A stretch of 64,000 nt of DNA from Azolla caroliniana (Eukaryota > Plantae > Polypodiophyta), in the NCBI GenBank assembly GCA_043228905.1, contig JBHGNT010000021.1, positions 2,356,001-2,420,000 on the forward strand. The letters run 5' to 3'. Shown here in pieces: positions 27,550-39,467 of the stretch. The position numbers and the translations under genes were made by a program. Under the pieces are notes generated by a model that had not been told where the DNA came from, searched no databases, and was given only the letters and a program-made list of their open reading frames with translations. Every line of letters starts with the position of its first letter. The first letter of the stretch is position 1.

Positions 27550-27815
27550 TCAATAACTTTATTAATGAATGTTGCAATCAAGAATTCACATTGTGGTTGT
27601 GAGAGAAATTCGTGCCAGGATTGGGCTTGGTCGAAGATGTGTGGAAAGCACGATCGAATATGATCAAAGGCAATGCATTGTATCAAAGTCTGATACTCAA
27701 ACTCTCGAACTTGTTTAGGGCAAAGTGTTCCTAGTCAACCACTCTTATCACTTGTGCCCCAACACCTTGTCTCGCATCACAATGCATGTGAGCTAAGTCG
27801 CATGGAAGCAATGGT
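27550..27815 (-). mobile_element. LINE 3'-region fragment
   Basis: Its reverse complement matches 3250-3480 (gagtatcagactttgataca...ttgatcatattc...cccaatcc). Confidence 0.65.
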
Positions 27816-27819
27816 TCCA

Positions 27820-27860
<41 letters not shown>

Positions 27861-28484
27861 CCATGCCCCCTTCTTGTTTGTCATCTATCAGTCACCATCT
27901 TCATCTAAGAAAGACCACCTTTGAGAGACTTATGTAGTTCTCAAGCTTCATGAACATTTAATTCTCATGAACTTCTTGTCAAATTTGCATAAGCTTATTG
28001 ATACTAAATCCTTTTCTCCCCTTTTTTTGGTTCAATATTATGTTCTTGGCTTTAGTCCTCGTCACGTGTTTGCTTGGAGTATCAATTGTGTGGGTAGTGC
28101 TTTCAGCTCGAAAAGACTTGACACACAACTTGCAAACAATGTGGACGCACTTATGAAAGCATATTACATTGGTTATGGACACATGTCCAATTAACATATA
28201 CTTTCCTTCCTACTTGATTACTATTTACAACGACAATTTAGCAATTTTAGTTTTGGTATGTTTCGTTGGATTTCTAGTTACTAAGCTTGTGACCCAACCA
28301 TTTGTTCATTTGGTAAAAATTTGGGCTTTATGGGAATTTCTTCATTTGGTCAAAATTATAATATTAAAGACATTTTTCTATTTATTATATTTTCTTATTA
28401 GCATATGCTAGCTTTCCCCATCTACTAGAGCTTTTTAATCCTGAACTTTGATGCCTTTCAATATCCCCACTTTCATAAATATAA

Positions 28485-28900
28485 ATGGTAACGGTTTGGT
28501 TCGAGAGTGTCAAACTCAAACAATTCAAAACCGAACCGTTAAAAAAATTGAAACTTAAACTGAATAACGAAATTGTTTAAAGTGAAACTATTTAAACCGA
28601 ACTGTTACAAAAAATTCAAGTGCAAACCAAACGGTTTGAGAGACTTTCAAACCTTTAAACAATTAGAACCAGGGTTTCTCAGTTCAGTTTTGGTTTTCAA
28701 ATTACGTCAAAAATCAAATATTCATATTTTAATTTTAAAAAATTTAAAATTTTCAAATGTTAATTTTTTAAACCGTTTGAACCGCAGTTTCAAATTGTTC
28801 AAACCAATAAAGGCTCGAACCAAACCGGTAAAACCCCAAAATCAAACAGTTTACTAAAACTTGAACTTGAACCGAACAGAACCGTTTAAACCGTTAAGCC
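28485..28900. mobile_element. AACCG/CGGTT-motif-rich degenerate non-autonomous DNA element (hAT- or Helitron-like subterminal repeats)
   Basis: Dense aaaccg, gaaccg and cggttt motifs in both orientations in AT-rich DNA. No TIR or TSD was resolved. Confidence 0.4.
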
Positions 28901-29399
28901 GTAATTTCGTGGTGTCGTGATGTGGCGTGTCGAGTGTGGGAAAAGCCGGTACAAAAGGGCTAAGGTGCGAATGTGCAATGTGTGTGCACGCAAGGGCAAT
29001 TTATTTGTGCACATGCACAAATAAAATGGTGCAAAAGAAATGGAAGAGGAAGGGTGACCAAAATCGTGGGGGTGGGAAAAGTAAGAGGGAGGAGAGATAA
29101 AAAGTAGGAGAGAGAATCAAACACTATATATTTATAATCAAACACTATATAAATGGGAGGGAATGGCTTAGTGATTAGAGGTGCACGGTTCAAATCCAAC
29201 TTGATAATACAGCGTGATTTAGTGAGACCTACTCCTTTTTTGCATTAAATACAAAAGTGCTCCTATAAAAGGAGGTCGAGGGGGCTCATTTTGAGGGGAC
29301 TTTTTGAGGAGGATGAGACTATCGCCATTTTCGTTTCGAGAGCTCTTCATCTTAACCAAACCATTGCCGATTGTTATTCATAAGCCCTATATTACAAAA

Positions 29400-32241
29400 A
29401 ACAATAAAGGAAGAAGGAAGTTGTGAAGATGGGTAAATTCCAGAAAATAAGATAAGGGAGTATTTTGACATTAAAGAAAAGTATTACATGAGGGTCATTC
29501 CCCTAATGTCCATAAAATAGTCTCCTCTCCTTTGTGCACTCAAGCTACCTAAATAACCATCCACTCAACTACTTGACTACTAATATCTCTAACCACGCCC
29601 AACAACTCTTTGATTAATTTCTCCAATCCTAACTACTCCATAACACTCTCCCACGATGCGAAGAGTTTCATCCTCAAAACAGAAGAAACTATTATAATGA
29701 CATGACTCGCTAAATTTGAAAACATAATAAGAAAGAGAAAAACAATGGCAAAAGTGGTATTACCATAGATGCAACAAGCAATGTCTAAGCCCTTGCCATT
29801 CTACTACTAATTATATATATAGGTTGTAGTAACAAGTGCACAAGATCCATGTGGCTTCCAAAAGTGGTCACCCTTTCCAATTCATAAAAAAATTTGTATT
29901 TCCATTGCACACTTGTTGTTTTAAAATTGCTTCAAGTTCTTCAATTCTTCATGTAGATTAGTCTTCTAGCTCCCATGTTTATCTCCTGAAATCTTCTAAG
30001 CAAATTTACACGAAACATATCATGCACCTTGATGGAACTAGGCAATTTCATCCTATATGTAACTCCATTGAACTTTATAGTACTTCATATGGTCTGTAAT
30101 AATGATGGTTAAATTTGGATGAGTCGTCCAAGAAATGGCCAATGAGTCGCACTAACAAGGACCAAATCGTCTTTGAAATATTCGATGTGTTGACATTTTT
30201 TGTCGATTGCTTGAACCATTCGTCCCTTCGATGTTGTAGTCATTATTGTGTAGCCCGCATTGTTGCTTGTCAATCTGCTAGAAAAAGGTCAACATTAGAC
30301 TCTTTAATTTGATCTCGAATCGCATAAGAGGCCAAAGCCAACGGTGTAAGAACTTGCTTCCATGTGGCTAATTCAATAGGAGAAAAACCAATGGCAGAAT
30401 GTTTAGATAAATTATGACAAATTTCCAACATGTCGATATGTTCCACCCAATCTTTCTGATCTGCTTGCACATAAGAACAAATTTAGTCTACAAGACTCTG
30501 ATTTACCCTTTCCATTTGGCCATCTGTTTGGTAATGAGCCATAGAAGACATTTGGAGTTGTGTGTCTAGAATTTTGAAAAGTTCATGCCAAAATCATATA
30601 GTAAAACGTGGATCCCTATTTGACATGATAGCCACAAGCATAACATGATATTTAAATATGTTTTTGAAGAACAATTTTGGTACTTGGAGAGGGTTGTGAG
30701 AGGTTGTTTTGCTTGTTTAGAGAATTAGTTGAGGACCACCATGATAGCATTATAGTGTCTCAACATGGGCAAATCCACTATGAAATCCATACTCACCACA
30801 TCCCATGGTTGGGTGGGATTGGCATGGGCTGTAGTAAGAGATATGGTCTTCCACACCGAGCTTTGACTTGTTGGCATGTCAAACAAGATTGGATGTAGTC
30901 TTTTACATCCAACTCCATATGGGGCCCACAAAAATGTTGTCAAATGTTGTAAGTGTTCGATGAATACCATCGTGCCCTGCCATCTTACAATCATGTGCTT
31001 CCTGAAAAATTAGTGCCTTAATTTCCCTTACATTACGTACAAACCATTTATCATGTACCACTAATAAACCTTGTTGCATTCCTTGTCACCCATGGGCCGC
31101 ACGTCGCAATTCCTTACCTGAAGTCAGTTGTTGTGTGTAGGGATCACATTGTTGAGTTGTTCGAATGTCTTGTAGCAAAGAAGCATCCGAAATCATTGAA
31201 ATGGTACATACATGAGGCATTCAACTTAAAGCATCCAACATAATAATTAGAGGACCACTTTTATGGTTGATGCAGGAGTCAAATTCTGTTAGAAAATATT
31301 GCCAACGAGCTTGTTTAGGAGACAACTTCGACTGCGATTGAAAATAATACAAGGATATATTATCCGTGATTACTTTAGTAAATTGATCTTGGACATAATG
31401 ATGCCATTTGTGTAAGGCATAGATGATGGCAAGCATTTCTTTCTCATGAGTCGACCACCTAGCTTCAATCTCTAAAAATTACTTGGATTCATAAGCAACT
31501 AGGTATCCGTCATGTATCAAAACTACACCATAAGCCACATCAAAAAGCATCTTTATGGATTTCAAATGATTTGGTAAAATCGAGTAACTTAAGCAACAAT
31601 TGCGAACAAACTGCTTCTTTGAGTTTCTTGAAAGCACCTTGTTGTACTGATATCCATTTAAAACTTGTTTTAGCTTTAGTTAGGTTAGTTAGGGGGCTGC
31701 AATCACACTAAAATGCTTGATGAACGTATGCACATATTGCATGAATCCTCCAAATTGTTGGACTTCCACAGTTTTAGTAGGATTGGCCATCTTTGTATTG
31801 CATCCACCTCGGTTGTGTCCATGTGAAGGCCATGTTTCCCTACCTGGAAACCTAAGAAGATAATATCTTATACTTCAAATTTATATTTTTCGGGGTTAGC
31901 ATAGAATTTATTTTTTGGGAGTGGCAAGATTTACAACACCTTCCAAACATGTACCATGTGTTCTTCCGATGTTTTGCTATAAATGAGTAAATCATCAATG
32001 TATAAGATGACAATCACGAAAATAGATCATTGCCCACGCAACTAAATGTTGTTGGTGCACGCGTGAGCCCAAAACTCATAACCAGCCATTCATAATTTTC
32101 ATACCTCGTCTAAAAAGTTGTTTTCTCAATGTCTTCTTCAAAAACTGCGTTTGGTGATATCCGAACCTTAGGTTGATGCGAGTAAAAAATTGTGCGCTTG
32201 CCAATTGATCTAGTAAGGCATCAACAATTGACAATGGGTAT
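29400..32241 (-). mobile_element. Old, degenerate Ty3/gypsy chromovirus (RT-RH-IN-chromodomain plus 3' LTR remnant)
   Basis: RT (YPLSIVDALLDQL...FFTRINLRFGYHQ), RH (LAIIYALHKWHHY...QARWQ), IN (QPWDVVSMDFIVDLP) and a chromodomain remnant MNWKG*PLLEATW at ~29850. PPT gggagag precedes TGTTA at 29645. The left boundary is uncertain. Confidence 0.8.
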
Positions 32242-33321
32242 TGTTCAGCGAGCAAGCTCAATTGGATCTAGATCGGCATTCGGAAGGATGATCCGGATGG
32301 TATCTGGAAACAACTGGCCGGATCGGCGAGACGGATCGGAGAGCCGGATTCGAGTGGGAACCGGAAGCCTAGTAATAGCCTAAACTACTAGGTAATCATT
32401 GTCTCGTAGTTAGTGTAAGTCGCACGTAGGAATATTGAAGTACTTGTCAGTACTTCTGTCAGTCCTTTATGGACTTGTATAAATAGTGTTGTTTAGCACG
32501 TTGTATGTACAGAGTTGTAGAGTTATTTTTGAATAAACGTTTATGTTCTGCTCTCTCTGTCTCTCATGTGTATACTCTGTGTGTGTATTAAGCTTCTCCA
32601 TTAAACCTCTTATTCTTTGTTGCTATCCGGTTTTGTCTAATGCTTTCGCACGTTTACATTCACATGGTATCAGAGCGCGAGGGTTGAGAACCTTTGCAGC
32701 CGGCACCCTAGAACTCGGTAATAATAGATAGAGAGAAGATATGGACAGAGGAATGGCGAGTTCACTTCCAACAGAGAAGTTCGACCGGAGCAACTACACG
32801 TCTTGGTCATATAAAATGCACCAATACCTGCTGGGGCATGGGCATGGATATTGGAGCTTCGTGGAAGGAACAAATGAAGTAGCACCGGAGTCGTCACACA
32901 ATGACTTCATGGTATGGGAGCAAGGAGCGAGTTGAGTACTGTACTGCCTCGCGTCTTGTGTGCACGATCAAATGCTCAGCTACATTAAGGATGCAAAGAC
33001 GTCGAAGGAGGCTTGGGGAAATGTGAGGAAGATTTTCGCCGCGAGTACCACAGGCTGTAAGTTGTAGCTCCGGCAAGAGCTGAACAACATCCGGCAAAGA
33101 GACATATCGGTTATGGATTACACCACCAAGATAAAGGAGATTTGTGACGCACTCGGGTCCATCAACGTGATGGTGGACGAAGCCGAGATGGTACAAATCT
33201 GCCTTGGTGGTCTAGCGCAAAGGTACAAGTCAATCTGGACAACGATTTGCACCCGGGAGAAACCACCGTCTTTCTTCAACTTGCAATCGATGTTGATGGT
33301 CGAAGAAAACCACGCGAGTGG
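32242..33321 (+). mobile_element. Ty1/copia 5' portion: LTR 32242-32664, PBS, truncated gag
   Basis: TG...CA LTR followed by PBS tggtatcagagc (32665-32676, tRNA-iMet). gag MDRGMASSLPTEKFDRSNYTSWSYKMHQYLLG has stops. Same family as the 50606-56878 element. Confidence 0.88.
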
Positions 33322-33806
33322 TGTTAAGCGCTTGGATTGCACCACAACCAGTCATGAATAAGAGCACATCAACAAGGACGTAGTATGTGTTGAAGGACCT
33401 ACGAAGAGGAAACGACAAGAGGAAAAGAGGCTAAGGGATGTCCAAGTGTGAAAGGTCCATACCCTAAACGTGAATGTTATATAAACCACATAGTGGTGGC
33501 TTTGTAAGGGTTATTCCATTTGTAAAGATCTTCCTATTGATTAAGAGCTAGAGCTTCCTCTCCTCCTCCTTGTAACCTTTAAGCTTAAGAGAGATTAGTG
33601 AAGTGTTTAGTTAGAGAACACTAATCTCTCTTCCTTGTTGGTGCTAGACCTCTTAGCAAAGAGGGTTAATAAACATATTCATTACTCTTATTGTCTATAT
33701 TCATTACCCTATTTTCTATGAGAGCGAGCTTGAGAGAGTGAGAGAGATATCGTGCTTAATCATCTATTAATCGTTAAGTGAGTGTGAGGCTCGGAGGTGT
33801 TTGACA
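33322..33806 (-). mobile_element. LTR (485 bp), possibly the 3' LTR of the non-chromovirus gypsy at 40.6-50.6 kb
   Basis: TGTTAA...TTGACA termini with no matching TSD. A purine-rich gggcggagatggt tract abuts 33806 on the minus strand (PPT-like). Assignment and orientation are inferred. Confidence 0.55.
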
Positions 33807-34419
33807 ACCATCTCCGCCCGATTTGTCTGAACTCCACAAACGACATCGAGGAGCTAACTCCATCGATACATAGATCCTACACATCTATTTGGCGTTGCTA
33901 TCGGGGATACGACCGATGCTTGAAGCTGATTTCGAGTGGTCAAAAATGACGGGAACTAAAACGCTCCTTATGCGCAACGCTCGGCCACAACCGAGCTTAG
34001 AATCATACACAGAAAACGGGAAATAAATGCACGACACAATGAAGAGAAGAGTACATAGGATGTTTACGTGGAAAACCCAAACTAGGGAAAAACCACGGCA
34101 GCCCACAGGCTGCAAACTATCACTATGTTAGAATGTACAACAGTGAGTTCACGGAGGCAACGACCTCGTGCTCACGATCTTTGCCACAGGCGGCGGTTTC
34201 AATAGAGGCAACGACCTCTTTCTCTCTCTGTACACGGTTATGCGCTATCTCTCTTCTTGCACCAACAAGAATAACAACACACACTAAAAGTTTGCCCTAA
34301 GTCATATTTATACTAATATGACTTTTCAGCTATTTACAAATATAGCCTCGATGGACTCTCAGAAACATATTTATGAATATGTCTCTTCATCCGGTGAGCA
34401 CTCCTCATCGGGTCTTCAC

Positions 34420-34790
34420 CATCCGGCTCTCCGTAGCTGGGTACTCCTCATCCGGTTCTCACCGGGTCTGCATCATCCGGCTCTCCGTAGCCGGGTACTC
34501 CTCATCCGGTTCTCACCAGGTCTGCACCATCCGGCTCTCCGTAGTCGGGTACTCCTCATCCGGTTCTCACCGGGTCTGCACCATCCGGCTCTCCGTAGCC
34601 GGGTACTCCTCATCCGGTTCTCACCGGGCTTGCACCATCCAACTCTCCGTAGCCGGGTACTCCTCATCCGGTTCTCACCGGGCCTGCACCATCTGGCTCT
34701 CCGTAGCCGGGTACTCCTCATCTGGTTCTCACCGGGTCTGCACCATCCGACTCTCCGTAGCTGGGTACTCCTCATCCGGCTCTCCGTAGC
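34420..34790. repeat. 54-bp tandem array (~7 units) of paired hairpins in the LTR U3
   Basis: Unit catccggctctccgtagccgggtactcctcatccggttctcaccgggtctgcac. Confidence 0.95.
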
Positions 34791-34861
34791 CGAGTTTGTT
34801 CATCAGCATTGTTCTTCTCCCTTCCCATCCGGAGGGACCTGTCTCCCAACAAACTCCCCCT

Positions 34862-37600
34862 TCACTCTGGCATGGGGTGTCTTACTAGTCCGATCCTCTT
34901 CCGGCATGCATCCAGCTTGTCGGGTGTCAACACTTTGGTCAGCATATCTGACTCGTTCTCGTCCGTGTGGATCTTCGTCAGCACGAACTCCTTGTCTTCT
35001 ATCCTTTCCCGGATCCAGTGATATCTTCGCTGGATGTGCTTCGTCCGGGAGTGATAGGCCACGTTCTTTGCAAGGTGGATGGCACTCTGACTGTCGCAGT
35101 AGAGTCGGTACTCCTCCTGCCGGATACCGAGCTCTCTAATGAAGTCCTTCATCCATATTATTTCCTTGCCGGCTTCAACAGCCGCCATGTACTCCGCCTC
35201 CGTGGTTGACAACGCAACCGTCTTCTGCAGCCTCGACTGCCACGACACCGCTCCCCCTGCATACGTCATCACATACCCCGATGTGGACCGGCTGGTATCT
35301 GCATCAGCCGACATATCCGAATCGGTAAAGCCGTCGAGTTCGGGCTTACCGGAGCCGAATCGGAGGCACACGTTTGCCGTGCCCTTCAGGTATCGGAGTA
35401 TCCACTTGACCGCGTTCCAGTGCTCTTTGCCGGGATTGCTCATGTACCGGCTCACCACTCCGACTGCATATCCTATGTCCGGTCTTGTACACACCATTGC
35501 GTACATCAAGCTTCCGACGGCAGAGGCATATGGTACTTTCATCATGTCCTCCTTCTCAGCCTTTGTCTTGGGGCTTTGCTTGCTGGACAACTTGCAGTTT
35601 GCCGGGAGGGTTGACCCGACCGGTCTTGCTTCTGACATGTTGAACCGGTGAAGCACCTTTGTCACGTACTTCTCCTGTGACAGCCACAACTGCTTCTTCT
35701 TCCGGTCCCGGATGATGTGCATCCCTAGTATTTGCCTCGCCGGACCCAGGTCCTTCATTGAGAAGGTTCGGTGAAGCGCTTTCTTCAGCATCCGTATCTT
35801 GACCTGGTCCCGTCCGACGATCAACATGTCGTCCACGTACAGGAGGAGTATTAGAAAGTCTCCTCCTTCGAACTTCTTCACAAACACGCAGTGATCGGAC
35901 TGCGTTTTGTGGTACCCTTCGTCGGTCATGAAAGAGTCGAACTTCCGGTACCATTGCCGGGGAGCCTGCTTCAGTCCGTAAAGGCTCTTCTTCAACCGGC
36001 ATACCAGGTGTTCCTTCCCTTTCTTCTCGAATCCTTCCGGTTGCTGCATGTAGATCTCTTCTTCGAGGTCACCGTGAAGGAATGCCGTCTTCACGTCCAT
36101 CTGTTCTACCTCGAGGTCCATGCTTGCCGCTATGCTCAGCACTGTCCGGATGGAGGTCATCTTCACTACCGGGGCAAATATCTCGTCGAAGTCGACGCCC
36201 TTCTTCTGCTGGAACCCCTTCACCACGATTCTGGCTTTGTATCTCGGGGGGTTTCCGGCATCTCCCGGTTTCAGCTTGAACACCCACTTGTTTCGAAGTG
36301 CCCGCTTTCCTTTCGGCAACTCCACAAGTTCATATGTGTGGTTCTCATGCAGGGAATCCATCTCCTCCTGCATGGCACTTAACCACCTGCGGCTATGGGT
36401 GTCAAGCTTTGCTTCTTCAAAACTCTCCGGCTCCCCCTCGTCGGTTAGCAGCACGTGCTCTGGTTCCGGAAATCTCCGGGGGGCCCTTCTCTCTCTTAGA
36501 GGATATCTCCGTTCCGGAGCTTCGGTAACCGGCTCCTCCGTTTCCTCTTCATCCGAATCCATTTCGGGATCGGGGCCGGTTCCGGTATCAGTTTCATCTT
36601 CCTCGGCCGGTTCTGTTTCTTCACCGTCTTCGGCCGGATCCTCGAGTGCTAACCGGTCCCTTGCCGGTCGGGACTGCTCCTCGTAGAGTTGATCCTCACC
36701 GGTTGACTTGGAGCTCTTCATCTTCTTCTCCGACTCCCAGTCGGCGAGTGTCTTGTCCTCCATGAAGACGATATCTCGACTCTTGAATATCTTCTTGTCG
36801 ACCGGGTCCCATACTCGGTAGCCGAACTCGTCGTCGCCGTAACCGAGGAATATGCATGGCTGGGTCTTTGGATCTAACTTTCCTCTCCGGTCCTTTGCCA
36901 CATGAACATATGCGAGACACCCGAACACCTTCAGATGCCGGTAGGACACTTCCTTACCGGTCCACACTTTCTGCGGCGTGTCTCCGTCCAAAGGTACTGA
37001 GGGTGATCTATTTATCACATACGTCGCCGTCGACATTGCCTCAGCCCAAAATCCCTTGGGTAATTTCGCATGTGCTAGCATACTCCGGACCCTCTCCATT
37101 ATGGTCCGGTTCATCCTCTCGGCCAGCCCGTTCAGTTCCGGCGTCTTCGGCACAGTAAACTCGAGCCGGATTCCCTTCGAGCGACAGTACTCTGCGAACT
37201 GCCCCCGGTATTCCCCTCCGTTATCCGCTCGTATCGCTTTCAGCTTCTTGCCGGATTCTCTTTCCACTCTCGCGTGGAGTTCTTTGAAGACGGACAATAC
37301 TTGGTCCTTTGTCTTCAACGGTGCCGTCCACAGCTTCCGGCTATGGTCATCTATGAATGTTACGAAGTACTGAGCTCCGCCATGTGACTTCGCTTCTACC
37401 TGACACACATCAGTGTGTACCAACTCCAATGGTGCGCTACGTCTCGTCGGTGGCCTTGAGTGGAAGGAGGTCCGGTTTTGCTTACCGGCCAGACAGTCGG
37501 TACACTTCCCCAGGTGTACGTGCTTTACCGGTATCAGGTTGTCTTCGGCAAGCCTCTTCATCCCCTTCTCGCTCATGTGGCACAGCCTCTTGTGCCACAA
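34862..37600 (-). CDS. Copia pol: integrase, reverse transcriptase, RNase H (uninterrupted 912 aa stretch)
   Basis: WHKRLCH..C..C zinc finger, LVHTDV..FIDD..RADNGGEY..NGLAER, MDVKTAFLHG, LYVDDML, FTDSD and RTKHI motifs. Confidence 0.95.
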   Translation of the reverse strand: MWHKRLCHMSEKGMKRLAEDNLIPVKHVHLGKCTDCLAGKQNRTSFHSRPPTRRSAPLELVHTDVCQVEAKSHGGAQYFVTFIDDHSRKLWTAPLKTKDQVLSVFKELHARVERESGKKLKAIRADNGGEYRGQFAEYCRSKGIRLEFTVPKTPELNGLAERMNRTIMERVRSMLAHAKLPKGFWAEAMSTATYVINRSPSVPLDGDTPQKVWTGKEVSYRHLKVFGCLAYVHVAKDRRGKLDPKTQPCIFLGYGDDEFGYRVWDPVDKKIFKSRDIVFMEDKTLADWESEKKMKSSKSTGEDQLYEEQSRPARDRLALEDPAEDGEETEPAEEDETDTGTGPDPEMDSDEEETEEPVTEAPERRYPLRERRAPRRFPEPEHVLLTDEGEPESFEEAKLDTHSRRWLSAMQEEMDSLHENHTYELVELPKGKRALRNKWVFKLKPGDAGNPPRYKARIVVKGFQQKKGVDFDEIFAPVVKMTSIRTVLSIAASMDLEVEQMDVKTAFLHGDLEEEIYMQQPEGFEKKGKEHLVCRLKKSLYGLKQAPRQWYRKFDSFMTDEGYHKTQSDHCVFVKKFEGGDFLILLLYVDDMLIVGRDQVKIRMLKKALHRTFSMKDLGPARQILGMHIIRDRKKKQLWLSQEKYVTKVLHRFNMSEARPVGSTLPANCKLSSKQSPKTKAEKEDMMKVPYASAVGSLMYAMVCTRPDIGYAVGVVSRYMSNPGKEHWNAVKWILRYLKGTANVCLRFGSGKPELDGFTDSDMSADADTSRSTSGYVMTYAGGAVSWQSRLQKTVALSTTEAEYMAAVEAGKEIIWMKDFIRELGIRQEEYRLYCDSQSAIHLAKNVAYHSRTKHIQRRYHWIRERIEDKEFVLTKIHTDENESDMLTKVLTPDKLDACRKRIGLVRHPMPE

Positions 37601-39467
37601 CTCACCGGTAGTGTCAGCTTGCCACGTTCAGCTCCTCCGGACATAGCCGGGAATTCATCAGGTACAGTGTGTTGACCTTCCGGGCCCGAGCCACTATCAG
37701 GCTCCCTTTGCTGAACTTCATGATGCCGTTCCGGATGCTACCCGTGTAGCCTTCATCGTCTAGCCTCCCGGCCGAAATCAGGTTCATTCGAACCTCCGGA
37801 ACGTGTCGAACATCCTTCAGCAGCATCTTGCATCCGGTTGATGTCATCAGCCACACGTCTCCTATGCCGGCAATCCGGCATGTACCTTCATTTCCCATCC
37901 GGACACAGCCGTGCTCACCGGCTGTGTAGGATGAGAAGTATTTCTTCTCCGGGGTCAGGTGGAACGACGCTCCGGAATCGACCACCCAGGTCATCTCTTC
38001 ACCGGCAAGGTTCAGCTCCCTCTCTTCGGTAATGAGCATTATCTCTTCTTCACTTGCCGCGAGTGCCGTCGTTCCTTTCCGGTCCTGCCCTCGCCGATCC
38101 GGACCTCTCCGGTCCGTGGCTCCCCGGTATGCACCGTTTCGCTCCGGTGACTTCTTTGAATCGGTACCGTCGGTTCCGTTGTCTTTCCGGAAATGCCGAC
38201 AGTTCTTCTGGAAGTGCCCCGGCTTCCCACAGTAGAAGCATGTAGGTCTTCCCCTCGACTGCGACCGTGTCCCCGACTTCTCCCGTCTTTGCGGACTCCG
38301 GTTCCGTTGTCTTCCCCGTTCCGATTCGGTAAGCAGCGCCTTCGAGTCGGAGGCCGGTTCTTTATCTCTCCGACGCGCTTCTTCATTTAGAATACTTGTC
38401 TTTACCGTTAGTAAAGACAAGTTCTCTTCCTTACAGGAGGTGCTGAGAGTAACTACCAAGTTCTCCCAGCTCTCCGGAAGAGGTCCGGTTTTGCTTACCG
38501 GCCAGACAGTCGGTACACTTCCCCAGGTGTACGTGCTTTACCGGTATCAGGTTGTCTTCGGCAAGCCTCTTCATCCCCTTCTCGCTCATGTGGCACAGCC
38601 TCTTGTGCCACAACTCACCGGTAGTGTCAGCTTGCCACGTTCAGCTCCTCCGGACATAGCCGGGAATTCATCAGGTACAGTGTGTTGACCTTCCGGGCCC
38701 GAGCCACTATCAGGCTCCCTTTGCTGAACTTCATGATGCCGTTCCGGATGCTACCCGTGTAGCCTTCATCGTCTAGCCTCCCGGCCGAAATCAGGTTCAT
38801 TCGAACCTCCGGAACGTGTCGAACATCCTTCAGCAGCATCTTGCATCCGGTTGATGTCATCAGCCAATGTACCTTCATTTCCCATCCGGACACAGCCGTG
38901 CTCACCGGCTGTGTAGGATGAGAAGTATTTCTTCTCCGGGGTCAGGTGGAACGACGCTCCGGAATCGACCACCCAGGTCATCTCTTCACCGGCAAGGTTC
39001 AGCTCCCTCTCTTCGGTAATGAGCATTATCTCTTCTTCACTTGCCGCGAGTGCCGTCGTTCCTTTCCGGTCCTGCCCTCGCCGATCCGGACCTCTCCGGT
39101 CCGTGGCTCCCCGGTATGCACCGTTTCGCTCCGGTGACTTCTTTGAATCGGTACCGTCGGTTCCGTTGTCTTTCCGGAAATGCCGACAGTTCTTCTGGAA
39201 GTGCCCCGGCTTCCCACAGTAGAAGCATGTAGGTCTTCCCCTCGACTGCGACCGTGTCCCCGACTTCTCCCGTCTTTGCGGACTCCGGTTCCGTTGTCTT
39301 CCCCGTTCCGATTCGGTAAGCAGCGCCTTCGAGTCGGAGGCCGGTTCTTTATCTCTCCGACGCGCTTCTTCATTTAGAATACTTGTCTTTACCGTTAGTA
39401 AAGACAAGTTCTCTTCCTTACAGGAGGTGCTGAGAGTAACTACCAAGTTCTCCCAGCTCTCCGGAAG
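37468..39467. repeat. Internal tandem duplication (1013 bp + 987 bp) covering gag C-terminus, protease and IN N-terminus
   Basis: 37468-38480 is repeated at 38481-39467. The second copy lacks 26 bp near 38866, and the junction has ggaag microhomology. Confidence 0.95.

Noticed and set aside
34420-34790. CRISPR-like array of palindromic repeats
   Set aside because: Units are near-identical with no unique spacers, there are no cas genes, and the array lies inside a eukaryotic LTR.
34318-35139. 273-aa repeat-protein ORF (PGLHHPALRSRVLLIRFS) and overlapping frames
   Set aside because: By-product of a stop-free 54-bp LTR array, open in several frames on both strands.
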